A stretch of DNA of 64,000 nt, taken from Planctomicrobium piriforme (GTDB lineage Bacteria; Planctomycetota; Planctomycetia; Pirellulales; UBA1268). The notes under the pieces are model-generated. The model had not been told where the DNA came from, searched no databases, and was given only the letters and a program-made list of their open reading frames with translations. Shown piece after piece: positions 9,818-19,008 of this stretch (its first letter is position 1; every line of letters starts with the position of its first letter). Both the position numbers and the translations under genes were made by a program. The stretch is taken from NCBI GenBank assembly GCA_945861585.1, contig CAMAVC010000004.1, forward strand, positions 450 to 64,449, given 5' to 3'.

Positions 9818-11467
9818 TCAGTGTCGGAAGTGCCGGCGCGCCGTGAACACCATGGGGATGCCCGCCACGTCGGCCGCGGCGATCACTTCGGCGTCGCGCT
9901 TCGAGCCGCCAGGCTGGATGATCGCCGCGATGCCCGCCCGTTTGATCAATTCGATCGAGTCGGGGAACGGGAAGAAGGCGTCGGAGGCGAGCACGCCGCC
10001 GCGGGCCCGGTCGCCCGCCTTCTCGAGCGCGATCCGCGTGGCGTCGACTCGGCTCGTCTGGCCGATGCCGGCTCCCACGAGGCTCGTGCCCTGGCAGACG
10101 GCGATGGCGTTGCTCGTGAGCCGGCGGACGAGCGTGAACGCGAAGCCGAGGGGCTGCGTGAGGTCGGCCGCCGGGGCTGCCTTCGTGACCACCTTCCAGG
10201 CGGCGGGATCGTCGCAGCAGGTGTCGGGACGTTGGGCGAGAAGGGCGCCGGCGACGCTCCGCAGTTCCATGCCCCCGGTGGCCTCCCACGGATCACCGGG
10301 CGGGATCTCGACGAGCCGCACGCTCGCCTTCCAGGTGGGCTGCGTCGTGAGGAGTTCCACCGCCTCCTTCTCGAAGGCTGGGGCGGCGATCACCTCCACG
10401 AACATCCCAGGGGCGAGCAGCACCTCGGCACAGGCCCGATCGAAGGTGCGATTCACCGCCACGATCGAGCCGAACGCGCTCGTCGGGTCGGCTGCCATCG
10501 CGGTGGCGAGCGCTTTCGACACGCTCGCTGCGCCTGCGGCGCCACACGGATTCGTGTGCTTGACGACGACGGCCGCCGGCTCGGTGACGAGGCCCACGAG
10601 CCGCATGGCGCCGTCGAGGTCGAGCAGGTTGTTGTACGACAGTTCCTTGCCGCAGAGCTGCCGGAGCCCCGCGAGGCCCAGGTGCGTGCCCACCGGTGCG
10701 TACATCGCGGCCGACTGGTGGGGATTTTCGCCATACCGCAGCGGCAGGCGACGTTCGAGGTCGAGCGTCAGCCGGGCGGCCAGCGGCGGCTCGCCCGCAG
10801 GCTCGCTCGCCGCAGGCGTTGCCGACTCGGCCACGAGGCCGGCGTGCCGCGCCATCCAACGGGCGATGGCCGTGTCATAGCCGGCCGTGTGCTCGAAGGC
10901 GCGGGCGGCATAGTGGCGGCGCTCGGCGAGCGTCGTGCCGCCGCGGGCGAGGGCTTGGAGAAAATCGTCGTATTGATCCGGGCTCGTCACGACGGTCGTG
11001 AAGGCGTGGTTCTTGGCCGCTGCCCGCACGAGGCTCGGGCCGCCGATGTCGATGAGCTCGATCGCCTCCGCAGGCTGGCAGCCCGGCTTCGCGATCGCCG
11101 CTTCAAAGGCGTAGAGATTCACGATCACGGCATCGAAGCGTTCGATGCCGTGATCCGCGAGCACCGCCAGATCGTCCGGGCGATCGCCGCGGGCGAGGAT
11201 GCCGGCGAAGATATTCGGGTGGAGCGTCTTCACCCGGCCGTCGAGCACCTCGGGAAAGCCCGTGATGGAGGAGACGTCTTCCACGGTGACACCGTGGCTC
11301 GCGAGTGCCGTACTCGTGCCACCCGTGCTGGCCACGCGCACGCCTGCGGCCTTGAGGGCCTTGGCGAGGCGATCGAGGCCGGTTTTATCGAACACGCTGA
11401 CGAGCACTCGGCGGATCGGCACGACGTCGACGGCTGGGCCAGCGGGAGCGGGGGCTGTGGTGTGCAT
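9818..11467 (-). CDS. purH: Bifunctional AICAR transformylase / IMP cyclohydrolase
   Basis: RRVLVSVFDKTGL (MGS-like domain) and the C-terminal AICARFT region ending ...FTARRHFRH. ATG at 11467 chosen (MHTTAPAPAG). Confidence 0.95.
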   Translation of the reverse strand: MHTTAPAPAGPAVDVVPIRRVLVSVFDKTGLDRLAKALKAAGVRVASTGGTSTALASHGVTVEDVSSITGFPEVLDGRVKTLHPNIFAGILARGDRPDDLAVLADHGIERFDAVIVNLYAFEAAIAKPGCQPAEAIELIDIGGPSLVRAAAKNHAFTTVVTSPDQYDDFLQALARGGTTLAERRHYAARAFEHTAGYDTAIARWMARHAGLVAESATPAASEPAGEPPLAARLTLDLERRLPLRYGENPHQSAAMYAPVGTHLGLAGLRQLCGKELSYNNLLDLDGAMRLVGLVTEPAAVVVKHTNPCGAAGAASVSKALATAMAADPTSAFGSIVAVNRTFDRACAEVLLAPGMFVEVIAAPAFEKEAVELLTTQPTWKASVRLVEIPPGDPWEATGGMELRSVAGALLAQRPDTCCDDPAAWKVVTKAAPAADLTQPLGFAFTLVRRLTSNAIAVCQGTSLVGAGIGQTSRVDATRIALEKAGDRARGGVLASDAFFPFPDSIELIKRAGIAAIIQPGGSKRDAEVIAAADVAGIPMVFTARRHFRH

Positions 11468-11534
11468 GCGGCGGATTATGGAGCTTTGGTCGCGCGATAC
11501 AAGGAAGCCCGCAGCATCGGCGGTCGGAGCGCGT

Positions 11535-12455
11535 TCACGCGGCGGGGAGCTCGACCTCGAACACGGTGCCCGGCGGCGGCATGCGGCCGCGCACCCCGAC
11601 CTTGCCCCGCATCTGCCCCACCAGCGACTTGACGAGGAACAGCCCGAGGCCCGTTCCCGGGGTCGACCGTTCGAGCTCACTGCCGAGCCGCACGAAGCGG
11701 CGAAACACCGTCGTGCGTTCGGAGATCGGGATGCCCGGGCCGTTGTCCGCCACCCGCACCACCACGCGGCCCGCCGGGGTCGCGGTGGCCGTCACCTCGA
11801 CCTGCGGATTCGGCAGCGAATACTTCACGGCATTGTCGAGCAGATTGCGAAACACGATTTCGAGATCGGCTTCGCGGCCGCGCACGGCGAGCCCCCCATC
11901 TCGTGCCGGCACGTCGAGCCGAATCGTCTCGGCAGGCACGCTGTGTCGCTTGACCACCGCATCGCGGGCCCGCTCGAGCACGGGGGCGAGCGGTGTCATG
12001 ACCGCCACTCGCGAGGGCCGCTGCTGGAGGGTCTTCGCGGCGTCGAGGAGGTGGTCGATGAGCGTGTCGAGCCGCTCGACATCGTCGAGCATGAAGCGGT
12101 GGAAGTCGGCCTGCTGCTCGGGTGACACCGGCCGGCGGGTGAGCGTCTGCAGATAGAGCTTGAGCGAGGCCAGCGGGCTTTTGAGCTCATGCGTGACGCT
12201 GTCGATGAAGTTGCTCTGCCGTTGCGACAACGCGATCGCCTTCACGGTGAGCGCGAGGTAGACGATCACCCCCGCCAGCACCAGCACGAGGAGCGCCACG
12301 CCCACGCCGAGAATCGCCCAGTAAAACGCGGCGTTCTTCGACCCGAGAGCCGCGGCGATGCTGACGAGCACCCACCCGACCCCGAGGGCGATGATCGATC
12401 CGATCAGCACCACGCCGAGGAGGATCGGCCAACCGAGCGAGCGACGCGGTTCCAC
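11535..12455 (-). CDS. Sensor histidine kinase, probably intramembrane-sensing (two TM helices, minimal loop)
   Basis: H-box SVTHELKSPLASL and G2 box GTGLGLFLVKSL. Two hydrophobic helices are separated by only GSKNAA. GTG start at 12455 is inferred and uncertain. Confidence 0.8.
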   Translation of the reverse strand: MEPRRSLGWPILLGVVLIGSIIALGVGWVLVSIAAALGSKNAAFYWAILGVGVALLVLVLAGVIVYLALTVKAIALSQRQSNFIDSVTHELKSPLASLKLYLQTLTRRPVSPEQQADFHRFMLDDVERLDTLIDHLLDAAKTLQQRPSRVAVMTPLAPVLERARDAVVKRHSVPAETIRLDVPARDGGLAVRGREADLEIVFRNLLDNAVKYSLPNPQVEVTATATPAGRVVVRVADNGPGIPISERTTVFRRFVRLGSELERSTPGTGLGLFLVKSLVGQMRGKVGVRGRMPPPGTVFEVELPAA

Positions 12456-12561
12456 TGGCAGGCTCCGGATAGAGGGGCGGGCCGATGCGTATGCTACCTT
12501 CCTGTGCCGGCCCCACCACGGCTGCCAGGCCGTCTCGCCTGCACGCTCCAGTTCCCCGACG

Positions 12562-13056
12562 ATGCCCAGCCCAGAAGCCCGCCCACCACTGACGCTCACG
12601 GTCGCCGGAACGACGGTGCGGTTCGCGTGGCACGTCGATCGCTGGACGCATGAAGTGCTGGGTGCCGACGGCACGAGGTGGCGGTCGATCGAGGAGACGG
12701 CGGCGGGCGACGATCCCCGGTGGCCGGCGTCGCCCGTGCTCGTCGAACTCTCGGCGCTCGACACGCCGGCAGGGCGGGTGATCCTGGGCGTCGGCCTCGC
12801 GGGGCGGTCGCATTTCTCGGCGAGCGTCGGGCCCGATCCGACCGCTCCAGATCGGCTGCGGTTCGATCTCGCCTGCCGGGTGAACGAGCCGCCCCTGTGG
12901 CTCGGATCCACCTATCGTGATTCCGAAGGGCTTGTCCGGATCGGGCCCGGACCGCTGGCACAGCCGCCTCCGACCACCGTGCAATGGGCCTATGCGTTTG
13001 CATCTGGGGACCTCGTGCCCCTGGCCGGAGCGCGGGTGGAGCCCCGGCCAGACTGA
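12562..13056 (+). CDS. Hypothetical protein
   Basis: ATG at 12562 (MPSPEARPPLTLTV...). Divergent from the kinase gene. Coding-like GC3 bias, no recognised family. Confidence 0.45.
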   Translation: MPSPEARPPLTLTVAGTTVRFAWHVDRWTHEVLGADGTRWRSIEETAAGDDPRWPASPVLVELSALDTPAGRVILGVGLAGRSHFSASVGPDPTAPDRLRFDLACRVNEPPLWLGSTYRDSEGLVRIGPGPLAQPPPTTVQWAYAFASGDLVPLAGARVEPRPD

Positions 13057-13122
13057 CGCTGTCTTGCGATCGCCCCCCCGATCGATCAAATTCGTGGGGT
13101 CTACTCCCGACTCTTTCGGAAG

Positions 13123-13764
13123 GTGCGCATGTTCGACGTGATCGAGCGGCTCAAGGCCGACTGGACCGACAAGTACGTCGTGATCAACTGTTCCGCGCCG
13201 GAACTCGCCCGCTTCGCCCAGGCGACCGGGCAAGTGAAGACCGTCAACATGAACGGCCGCTGCCTCGTCGAGTTCGACCAGTTCAACAACACCGGCTGGT
13301 ACGACATCGATCCGACGGCCCTGAAGATCGTGCCCAAGCCGGAGCCGAAGCCGGCCGCCGAAAAACAGGAGAAGCCGGCGAAGGCCGCTCCCGCTGCCAA
13401 GGCTCCAGCTGCGAAGGCTCCGCCGGCTCCCGGTGCGAAGAAGCCCTCCACGGCCGACATCCTCGCCGCAGCCCGCGGCAAGGGCGGCGCGGCACCCGCG
13501 GCGACGAAGGCGGCCCCTGCCGCAGCGAAGCCTGCCGGCGCACGCCCCTCCACTGCCGACATTCTCGCGGCTGCCCGTGGCGGAAAGTCGCAGCCGCCCG
13601 TCGCCCCACCCCCTGCCGAGCCAGAGGCCGCCCCAGAGCCGGAAGCAACCGCCCCCGAGCCAAAGGTCACTCCCAACAAGGCCAAGGCTGCGGCCGGTGG
13701 AGCGATCCCGACGACGACTGCCGACAAGATCGCGTGGTGCCGCGCGAACGACGCCCAGAAGTGA
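13123..13764 (+). CDS. Hypothetical protein with a globular N-domain, an Ala/Pro/Lys-rich linker and three (S/T)TAD(I/K)(L/I)A..(A/C)R motifs
   Basis: PSTADILAAARGKGG, PSTADILAAARGGKS and TTTADKIAWCRAND. The start could instead be the ATG at 13129. Confidence 0.55.
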   Translation: MRMFDVIERLKADWTDKYVVINCSAPELARFAQATGQVKTVNMNGRCLVEFDQFNNTGWYDIDPTALKIVPKPEPKPAAEKQEKPAKAAPAAKAPAAKAPPAPGAKKPSTADILAAARGKGGAAPAATKAAPAAAKPAGARPSTADILAAARGGKSQPPVAPPPAEPEAAPEPEATAPEPKVTPNKAKAAAGGAIPTTTADKIAWCRANDAQK

Positions 13765-13775
13765 CGACAAACACC

Positions 13776-14237
13776 ATGCACCGCGGCGCAATCACGATTA
13801 TTCTCTGCTGCCTCGGGCTCGTCGTCGGCTGCGGCCGGCTCTCGAGCCATCCGCTCGTGACCATGGCCAAAGACGAGGTCGCGCGGAACGATCGTGTGCG
13901 GACGGCGCTCGGGGCACCTGTCGATTTCAGCCCCACGGTCACCGGCCGTGCCAACGAGACCGACGGCATCGCCGCGATGCAGTTCGAGGCTCGGGGGCCG
14001 AAAGCCGCGGGCCTGGTGGTGGTCGAGGGCAAGAAACTCGGCGCGGAGTGGGGCGTCACGCTGCTCGAAGTTCGTCCCGCCGACGGCGGCGACCACGTCC
14101 ATCTGACCGCCGATCACCATGCCCGGATCGGCACCGACACGCCGAAGTTCGATCCAGCGCAGACACGCTCGACACCGGCAGCCCCTCCGCCGGGCGATAT
14201 CGAGATCGTGCTGCCGCCTGGAACGCCGGGCCAGTAG
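13776..14237 (+). CDS. Putative lipoprotein
   Basis: MHRGAITIILCCLGLVVGCG contains a lipobox (VVGC). The single globular domain loosely resembles Coa1/Tim21-like proteins. Unverified. Confidence 0.6.
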   Translation: MHRGAITIILCCLGLVVGCGRLSSHPLVTMAKDEVARNDRVRTALGAPVDFSPTVTGRANETDGIAAMQFEARGPKAAGLVVVEGKKLGAEWGVTLLEVRPADGGDHVHLTADHHARIGTDTPKFDPAQTRSTPAAPPPGDIEIVLPPGTPGQ

Positions 14238-14311
14238 GGGCGCGAAGCCCTGCCGATCGTGCCGGGTGTCCGGCCCGAAAACAGCGTTTTTTTTCTTCGT
14301 GTGCCAAATGT

Positions 14312-14339
14312 TTGACTCGCGCAAGCGCGGGTCCATAAT
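14312..14339 (+). promoter_or_regulatory. Near-consensus sigma70-type promoter (TTGACT, 16-nt spacer, CATAAT)
   Basis: Sits in an AT-rich island just after a T9 run. About 210 nt upstream of the ATG at 14555. Confidence 0.45.
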
Positions 14340-14510
14340 GGCGTCGTTCCTTTCGACTTGTCCCCGCAGCGGTCTCCCTTGGCCGCCCCGTCCGCGGGAT
14401 TCACGTCGGCCCAGCCGGGCCCTCCGGCTTGCCCGCCGGCGGCGATGCATGTTGAAGCGACGACCGGAGTCCCAAGCCCGGAGGCATCGGAGTGGCCGAC
14501 CGCCTCGACG

Positions 14511-14525
14511 GGTGAATCATTCACC
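14511..14525. promoter_or_regulatory. Perfect 7-1-7 palindrome GGTGAAT-C-ATTCACC (candidate operator)
   Basis: Located about 30 nt upstream of the ATG at 14555 and about 12 nt upstream of an AGGAG SD. Confidence 0.3.
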
Positions 14526-14554
14526 GTTTGCACGACAGGAGTTGTTTCGTTCCG

Positions 14555-14776
14555 ATGGCCCGCATCCGCAACGTCTTCGAGATCATTGAACTGTACGGTC
14601 ACGATGAGAACTTCGAGCCGCACACCACGCCCGAGTTCGTCCCCACGAAAGCCCCGGCCGGCTCCCGGCAGAAGCTCGACATTCTTGCCGAGCGCATTCA
14701 GCGGGGCATGCCCCTGTGGCACCCTGAAGATTCGACCGAGTCTTCCGCCAACCTCGTCGGCGCCAGCGAAGCCTGA
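14555..14776 (+). CDS. Small hypothetical protein (73 aa)
   Basis: MARIRNVFEIIELYGHDENFE... with an AGGAG SD, GC3-biased codons, and a strong hairpin terminator downstream. Confidence 0.5.
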   Translation: MARIRNVFEIIELYGHDENFEPHTTPEFVPTKAPAGSRQKLDILAERIQRGMPLWHPEDSTESSANLVGASEA

Positions 14777-14802
14777 CCGCCCGCCCGGTGAATCAAGAGC
14801 CC

Positions 14803-15336
14803 TCACCGCCCTCCGCGGGATCGCCCGCGGAGGGCGGTTTCGATTTCACGCTTGGCGCTGGCTGACTTGAGCTTCTCGCGTTTGTCGTGGAGTTTGCGGC
14901 CACGGCCGATGCCCATCAGCACCTTCACTCGGCCGTCCTTGAAATACATCTTCAGCGGCACGAGCGTGAGCCCCTTCTCGTAGGCCAGGCTCGCAAACTT
15001 CTTGATCTCGCGGCGATGAAGCAACAGCTTGCGCGGCCGCTTCGGCTGGTGATTGAGCTGGTTGGCCTTCTCGTATTCGGGAATGTCGCAGCCGATGAGC
15101 CACACCTCCGTGGCATCGACCCGGCCATACGCCTCGTCGAGCGACATTTTTCCGGCCCGCAGGCTTTTCACCTCGCTGCCGACCAGGGCGATCCCGCATT
15201 CGAGCGTGTCGACGATCTCGTATTCGTGCCGGGCCTTACGATTTTCCGTGATCACCTTCTCGGCCGGCGCCTCGTCTGCCCGGCCTTTGCCGGATGGCTT
15301 CTTGGCAGCAGGCTTGGTCGGTTTTGGAGCGGCCAC
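14803..15336 (-). CDS. smpB: SsrA-binding protein
   Basis: ENRKARHEYEI motif and a basic C-terminal tail. Lys/Ala/Pro-rich N-terminal extension. Apparent GTG start. Confidence 0.9.
   Translation of the reverse strand: MAAPKPTKPAAKKPSGKGRADEAPAEKVITENRKARHEYEIVDTLECGIALVGSEVKSLRAGKMSLDEAYGRVDATEVWLIGCDIPEYEKANQLNHQPKRPRKLLLHRREIKKFASLAYEKGLTLVPLKMYFKDGRVKVLMGIGRGRKLHDKREKLKSASAKREIETALRGRSRGGR
14806..14847 (+). terminator. Intrinsic terminator for the 14555 gene (14-bp perfect stem CCGCCCTCCGCGGG/CCCGCGGAGGGCGG, then TTTCGATTTC)
   Basis: Stem 14806-14819 and 14824-14837, loop ATCG, T-rich tail. Lies inside the last codons of the convergent smpB. Confidence 0.6.
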
Positions 15337-15439
15337 GGAATGATCCCATATGTGGGCAGGGGGTATCTGACAGATTACACTCTACGCTGTGACGGTTCTT
15401 CGTTTCCCGCCCGCCGAAACCCTGCCGCTTGAGGTTTTC

Positions 15440-16660
15440 ATGCCCGTCCGCCAGGCCATTTGTGTCGCTGCGTGCCTCCTCTGGCTCGGTGCATCGCTCC
15501 GGAGTGATGGGGCCGAGCCGACCGTCGCTGCAGTGTCGCATCCAGGATTCATTGCCGGCGACGCACGCCCAGCCGGCGACGAAGCGGCCGTGAAGGTGCC
15601 GGGAGGCTGGATGGTCGCCTACGACGAGACGATCCCCGGCACGGAGGTGACGTTTCGAATGGTGCCCGTCCCTGGAGGGACGTTCCGCATGGGCAGCGCC
15701 GAGAGCGAGGCCGACCGGACGTCGGACGAAGGGCCCCAGGTCGACGTGGCGATCGAGCCCTTGTGGATGGGCCGCTGCGAAGTGACATGGAGCGAATACA
15801 AGGCCTACATGGCCGCCTGCGACCTCTTCAAGGCCTTCGAGGCGGCGCATGTGCGCGAAGTGCAGGCCGACAACGAGGCCGACGCCGTCACGGCGCCGTC
15901 AAATCTTTATGACCCGACCACGACGTTCACCAACGGCGAAGATCCGCTCCTCCCGGCCGTCACGATGACGCAGTTCGCCGCCCGCCAATACACGAAGTGG
16001 CTGAGCGGCCTGACCGCCAGGTTCTACCGGCTGCCCACCGAGGCCGAATGGGAATATGCCTGCCGCGCCGGCACGACGACACCGTGGCAGATGGGCGCCG
16101 ATGCCGCCGCGCTCGAGGCCGTCGCCTGGTTCGCCGACACCTCCGACGAGACGACGCACGCCGTCGGCGAGAAAGAGCCGAATGGCTGGGGGCTTCACGA
16201 CATGCACGGCAACGTGGCTGAATGGGTGCTCGACGAACTCGTGCCGGGAGGCTACGGCCGGCAGGCCGGGCTGCCTCAGCCCGTGCCGGCGGCGGCCGCC
16301 GCCGTATGGCCCGAGCATCTTTCGCCGCGCGTGGTGCGCGGCGGTGCCTACTACGACGAGGCAGCCCAATGCCGCAGCGCCGCCCGCCGCGGATCCGAGG
16401 ACCTGCCCTGGAAGGACGTCGATCCGAACCTGCCCAAGAGCCCGTGGTGGTACACGGAGGAACCGGCCCTCGGCGTGGGCATGCGGATCGTACGGCCGTT
16501 CGCGCCGCCCGATCTGGCCACGCGGCGCCGCTGGGGCGACGCCGACGTCGAAAGCATCCGTGCCGACACGGCCGACCGTCTCCAGCAGGGGCGCGGAGCC
16601 CGTGGACTCGTCGATCCGGATCTGCCGGCGGCGGCGGCAGCCGAGGGCTTCACGAACTAA
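15440..16660 (+). CDS. Formylglycine-generating-enzyme (SUMF1/EgtB/PvdO) family protein, secreted
   Basis: GGTFRMGS, EAEWEYACRAGTTTPW, GLHDMHGNVAEWV and VVRGGAY. Signal peptide MPVRQAICVAACLLWLGASL. Confidence 0.85.
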   Translation: MPVRQAICVAACLLWLGASLRSDGAEPTVAAVSHPGFIAGDARPAGDEAAVKVPGGWMVAYDETIPGTEVTFRMVPVPGGTFRMGSAESEADRTSDEGPQVDVAIEPLWMGRCEVTWSEYKAYMAACDLFKAFEAAHVREVQADNEADAVTAPSNLYDPTTTFTNGEDPLLPAVTMTQFAARQYTKWLSGLTARFYRLPTEAEWEYACRAGTTTPWQMGADAAALEAVAWFADTSDETTHAVGEKEPNGWGLHDMHGNVAEWVLDELVPGGYGRQAGLPQPVPAAAAAVWPEHLSPRVVRGGAYYDEAAQCRSAARRGSEDLPWKDVDPNLPKSPWWYTEEPALGVGMRIVRPFAPPDLATRRRWGDADVESIRADTADRLQQGRGARGLVDPDLPAAAAAEGFTN

Positions 16661-16671
16661 AGGCAGGCGTG

Positions 16672-19008
16672 ATGAATCGCACTCTGACGACGGCACTCGC
16701 GGCCTGGGCTTTGACGTCACTCGCCGCGGCGGCCGATTGGCCCGACTGGCGCGGCCCCGAGCAGGATCGGCACTACGCCGGCCCGCCGCTGGTCACTTCG
16801 TTCGATGCCGGGCAAGGCACCAACGTGCTCTGGAAGAGCGACGAGGCAGGCGGCATTTCCACCCCCGTGGTCATGGGCGGGCGGCTCTTCACGCTCGTGC
16901 GGCACAAGCCGGGGACGACGGAAGAGGCGGAGAAGGTGCTCTGCCTCGACGCGGCGACGGGCAAAAAGCTCTGGGAAAACGTGTTCAACGTCTATCTTTC
17001 GGACGTGCCGGCCGAGCGGGTCGGCTGGTCGGCCGTGGTCGCCGATCCCGCGAGCAACACTGTCTTTGCCCACGGCGTGTGCGGCGTGTTCACCGCCATC
17101 GACGCCGCCACGGGAGCGACGAAGTGGCAGCGGTCGCTCCATGAGGAATTCGGCTTTCTCTCCACGTACGGCGGCCGGACGAACATTCCGGTGGTGTTCG
17201 AGGATCTCGTGATCGCCAGCGCCGTCGTGACGGGCTGGGGCGACACCGCCCGGCCCGCCCATCGCTTCCTGGGAATGGACAAGTCGACCGGCGAGGTCCG
17301 CTGGATGAACGGCACGAAAGAACTCCCCGAAGACACGACCTACAGCACGCCTTCGCTCGCCGATTTCGGCGGCTCCGCCGCGCTCGTCTTCGGCTCGAGC
17401 GACGGCAGCGTGTGGAACTTCCAGCCGCGGACGGGCCAGGCCGTCTGGAACTTCAAGCTCTCACGCCGTGGCATCAACACCGCGCCGCTCGTCGCTGGCG
17501 ACACGGTGATCATCTCGCAGTCGGAGGAAAACCTCGACAACACATCGATGGGATCGGCCACGGCATTCAAGGCGACCGGCACGGGCGACATCACGGCCAC
17601 GAACGTGATCTGGCAGAAGAAGGGCGTGATGGACGGCCGGGCGATGCCGGTCGTGCTCGGCGACCGTGTGTATTTCGTCGATGACGGTGCGAAGGTGTAT
17701 GCGTTCGACCGGCAGACGGGCGCGGCAGTCGGCCGCCCTCAGAAACTGCTCGGCACGATCGTCCGCGGCAGCCCACTCGTGGCCGACGGCAAGCTCTACG
17801 TGTGTTCGACGGGCGGCTGGCACGTGCTCGAGCCGACGAAGGACGGGCTGAAGTTCGTAAACCGGATGCGGCTCGACGAGGCGGATGAAGTAACGGCCTC
17901 GCCGATCGCCTCCCGGGGACTCCTCTATCTCACGACGAACGCGCGGCTGTATTGCCTCGGCGACAAGGCCGCAGCGACATCCTCCTCCGCATCCGTCGGC
18001 CCGACGGTGCCGCAGAAGGTCTCCGACGCCACCCGGGCCCCGGCGGGCGCACCCGCCTGGGTGCAGGTCGTGCCGGCCGAGGCCCAGATCGCCGCCGGTG
18101 AGTCGCTGCCCCTGAAAATTCGCCTCTTCGACGCAGCGGGCCGGTTCGTGAAGGAATCGCCTGCCACGTTCACGGCCACCGCCGGCGCAGTCGCGAGCGA
18201 CGGCACCTACACGGCCCCCGCGGGCCAGCATGCCGCTGCGATCGTGACGGCGAAGGTCGGCGCACTGGAGGGCAAGGCCCGCATCCGTTCGATGCCGCCG
18301 CTCCCATGGTCGTTCGACTTCGACGAGACTCCTCTCGCGGCCGATTCCAAGACGGGCGTCGTGAAGGGCGAGCCACCCCTCCCGTGGATTGGCATGCGGT
18401 ATCGCCACGTGGTCCGTGAGGTCGACGGGTCGAAATGCCTCGTCAAGATTACGACGATCCCCAAAGGCACTCGCAGCCAAGGCTGGATCGGGCCGATCGC
18501 ATTGCACGGCTACGTCGTTCGGGCCGACTTCCGCGCGCAGGAGACCGGAGTCGAGAAACCCGGATCTCCTGCCTCCGGCGCACCGACGTCGCCCGGCTCC
18601 GACGCCGATGCCTTCACGAAGGCGTTCGGCACCGCTGCCGCCCTCGAGAAGGCCCGCATGCCCGACATGGGGCTCGTGGCCCAGCGGTACACGCTCGATC
18701 TCATGGGCGCTGCGCAGCAACTCCAGATCCGGAGCTGGCCGCCCCAGGTCGCCACCTACTTCTCGAAAACGATTCCGTTTTCCTGGGAGGCGGGCCGGTG
18801 GTACACGATGAAGTTCGAGGCCCGCACGACGGGCAAGGCTGCCGTCCTGCGCGGCAAGGTGTGGCCGCGCGGTGAAGCTGAGCCGGAGGCGTGGACAATC
18901 GAAGCCACACACGATGCGGGCAATCTTCAAGGGAGCCCCGGCTTCTTCGGCAACTCGAAAGACTCCGAGATCTCTATCGACAACGTGAGAGTGGAGGCGG
19001 TGCAATGA
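16672..19008 (+). CDS. PQQ-like beta-propeller repeat protein with C-terminal Ig-like and lectin-like (concanavalin/DUF1080-like) regions, secreted
   Basis: Signal peptide plus the AADWPDWRGP motif. Repeated propeller blades. C-terminal region ends ...GNSKDSEISIDNVRVEAV. ATG at 16672 chosen. Confidence 0.8.
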   Translation: MNRTLTTALAAWALTSLAAAADWPDWRGPEQDRHYAGPPLVTSFDAGQGTNVLWKSDEAGGISTPVVMGGRLFTLVRHKPGTTEEAEKVLCLDAATGKKLWENVFNVYLSDVPAERVGWSAVVADPASNTVFAHGVCGVFTAIDAATGATKWQRSLHEEFGFLSTYGGRTNIPVVFEDLVIASAVVTGWGDTARPAHRFLGMDKSTGEVRWMNGTKELPEDTTYSTPSLADFGGSAALVFGSSDGSVWNFQPRTGQAVWNFKLSRRGINTAPLVAGDTVIISQSEENLDNTSMGSATAFKATGTGDITATNVIWQKKGVMDGRAMPVVLGDRVYFVDDGAKVYAFDRQTGAAVGRPQKLLGTIVRGSPLVADGKLYVCSTGGWHVLEPTKDGLKFVNRMRLDEADEVTASPIASRGLLYLTTNARLYCLGDKAAATSSSASVGPTVPQKVSDATRAPAGAPAWVQVVPAEAQIAAGESLPLKIRLFDAAGRFVKESPATFTATAGAVASDGTYTAPAGQHAAAIVTAKVGALEGKARIRSMPPLPWSFDFDETPLAADSKTGVVKGEPPLPWIGMRYRHVVREVDGSKCLVKITTIPKGTRSQGWIGPIALHGYVVRADFRAQETGVEKPGSPASGAPTSPGSDADAFTKAFGTAAALEKARMPDMGLVAQRYTLDLMGAAQQLQIRSWPPQVATYFSKTIPFSWEAGRWYTMKFEARTTGKAAVLRGKVWPRGEAEPEAWTIEATHDAGNLQGSPGFFGNSKDSEISIDNVRVEAVQ

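Noticed and set aside
14340-14802. Possible tmRNA (ssrA) gene next to smpB
   Set aside because: TTCCTTTCGAC resembles the tmRNA 5' region. However, I found no GGGG-type acceptor 5' end with a matching 3' strand, no T-arm GGTTCGA-type loop followed by an acceptor/CCA end, and no tag reading frame ending in ...AA. The region is better explained as a 5' leader plus a coding-like 73-aa ORF.
16222-16671. Long N-terminal extensions of several track ORFs (for example 16222-, 18891-, 22029-, 49396-, 55406-, 53866-, 61866-, 12984-)
   Set aside because: The extensions overlap the preceding gene in another frame and are Arg/Pro-rich. Internal ATGs give signal peptides or canonical family N-termini, often with ATGA stop/start overlaps. 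I used the internal starts.
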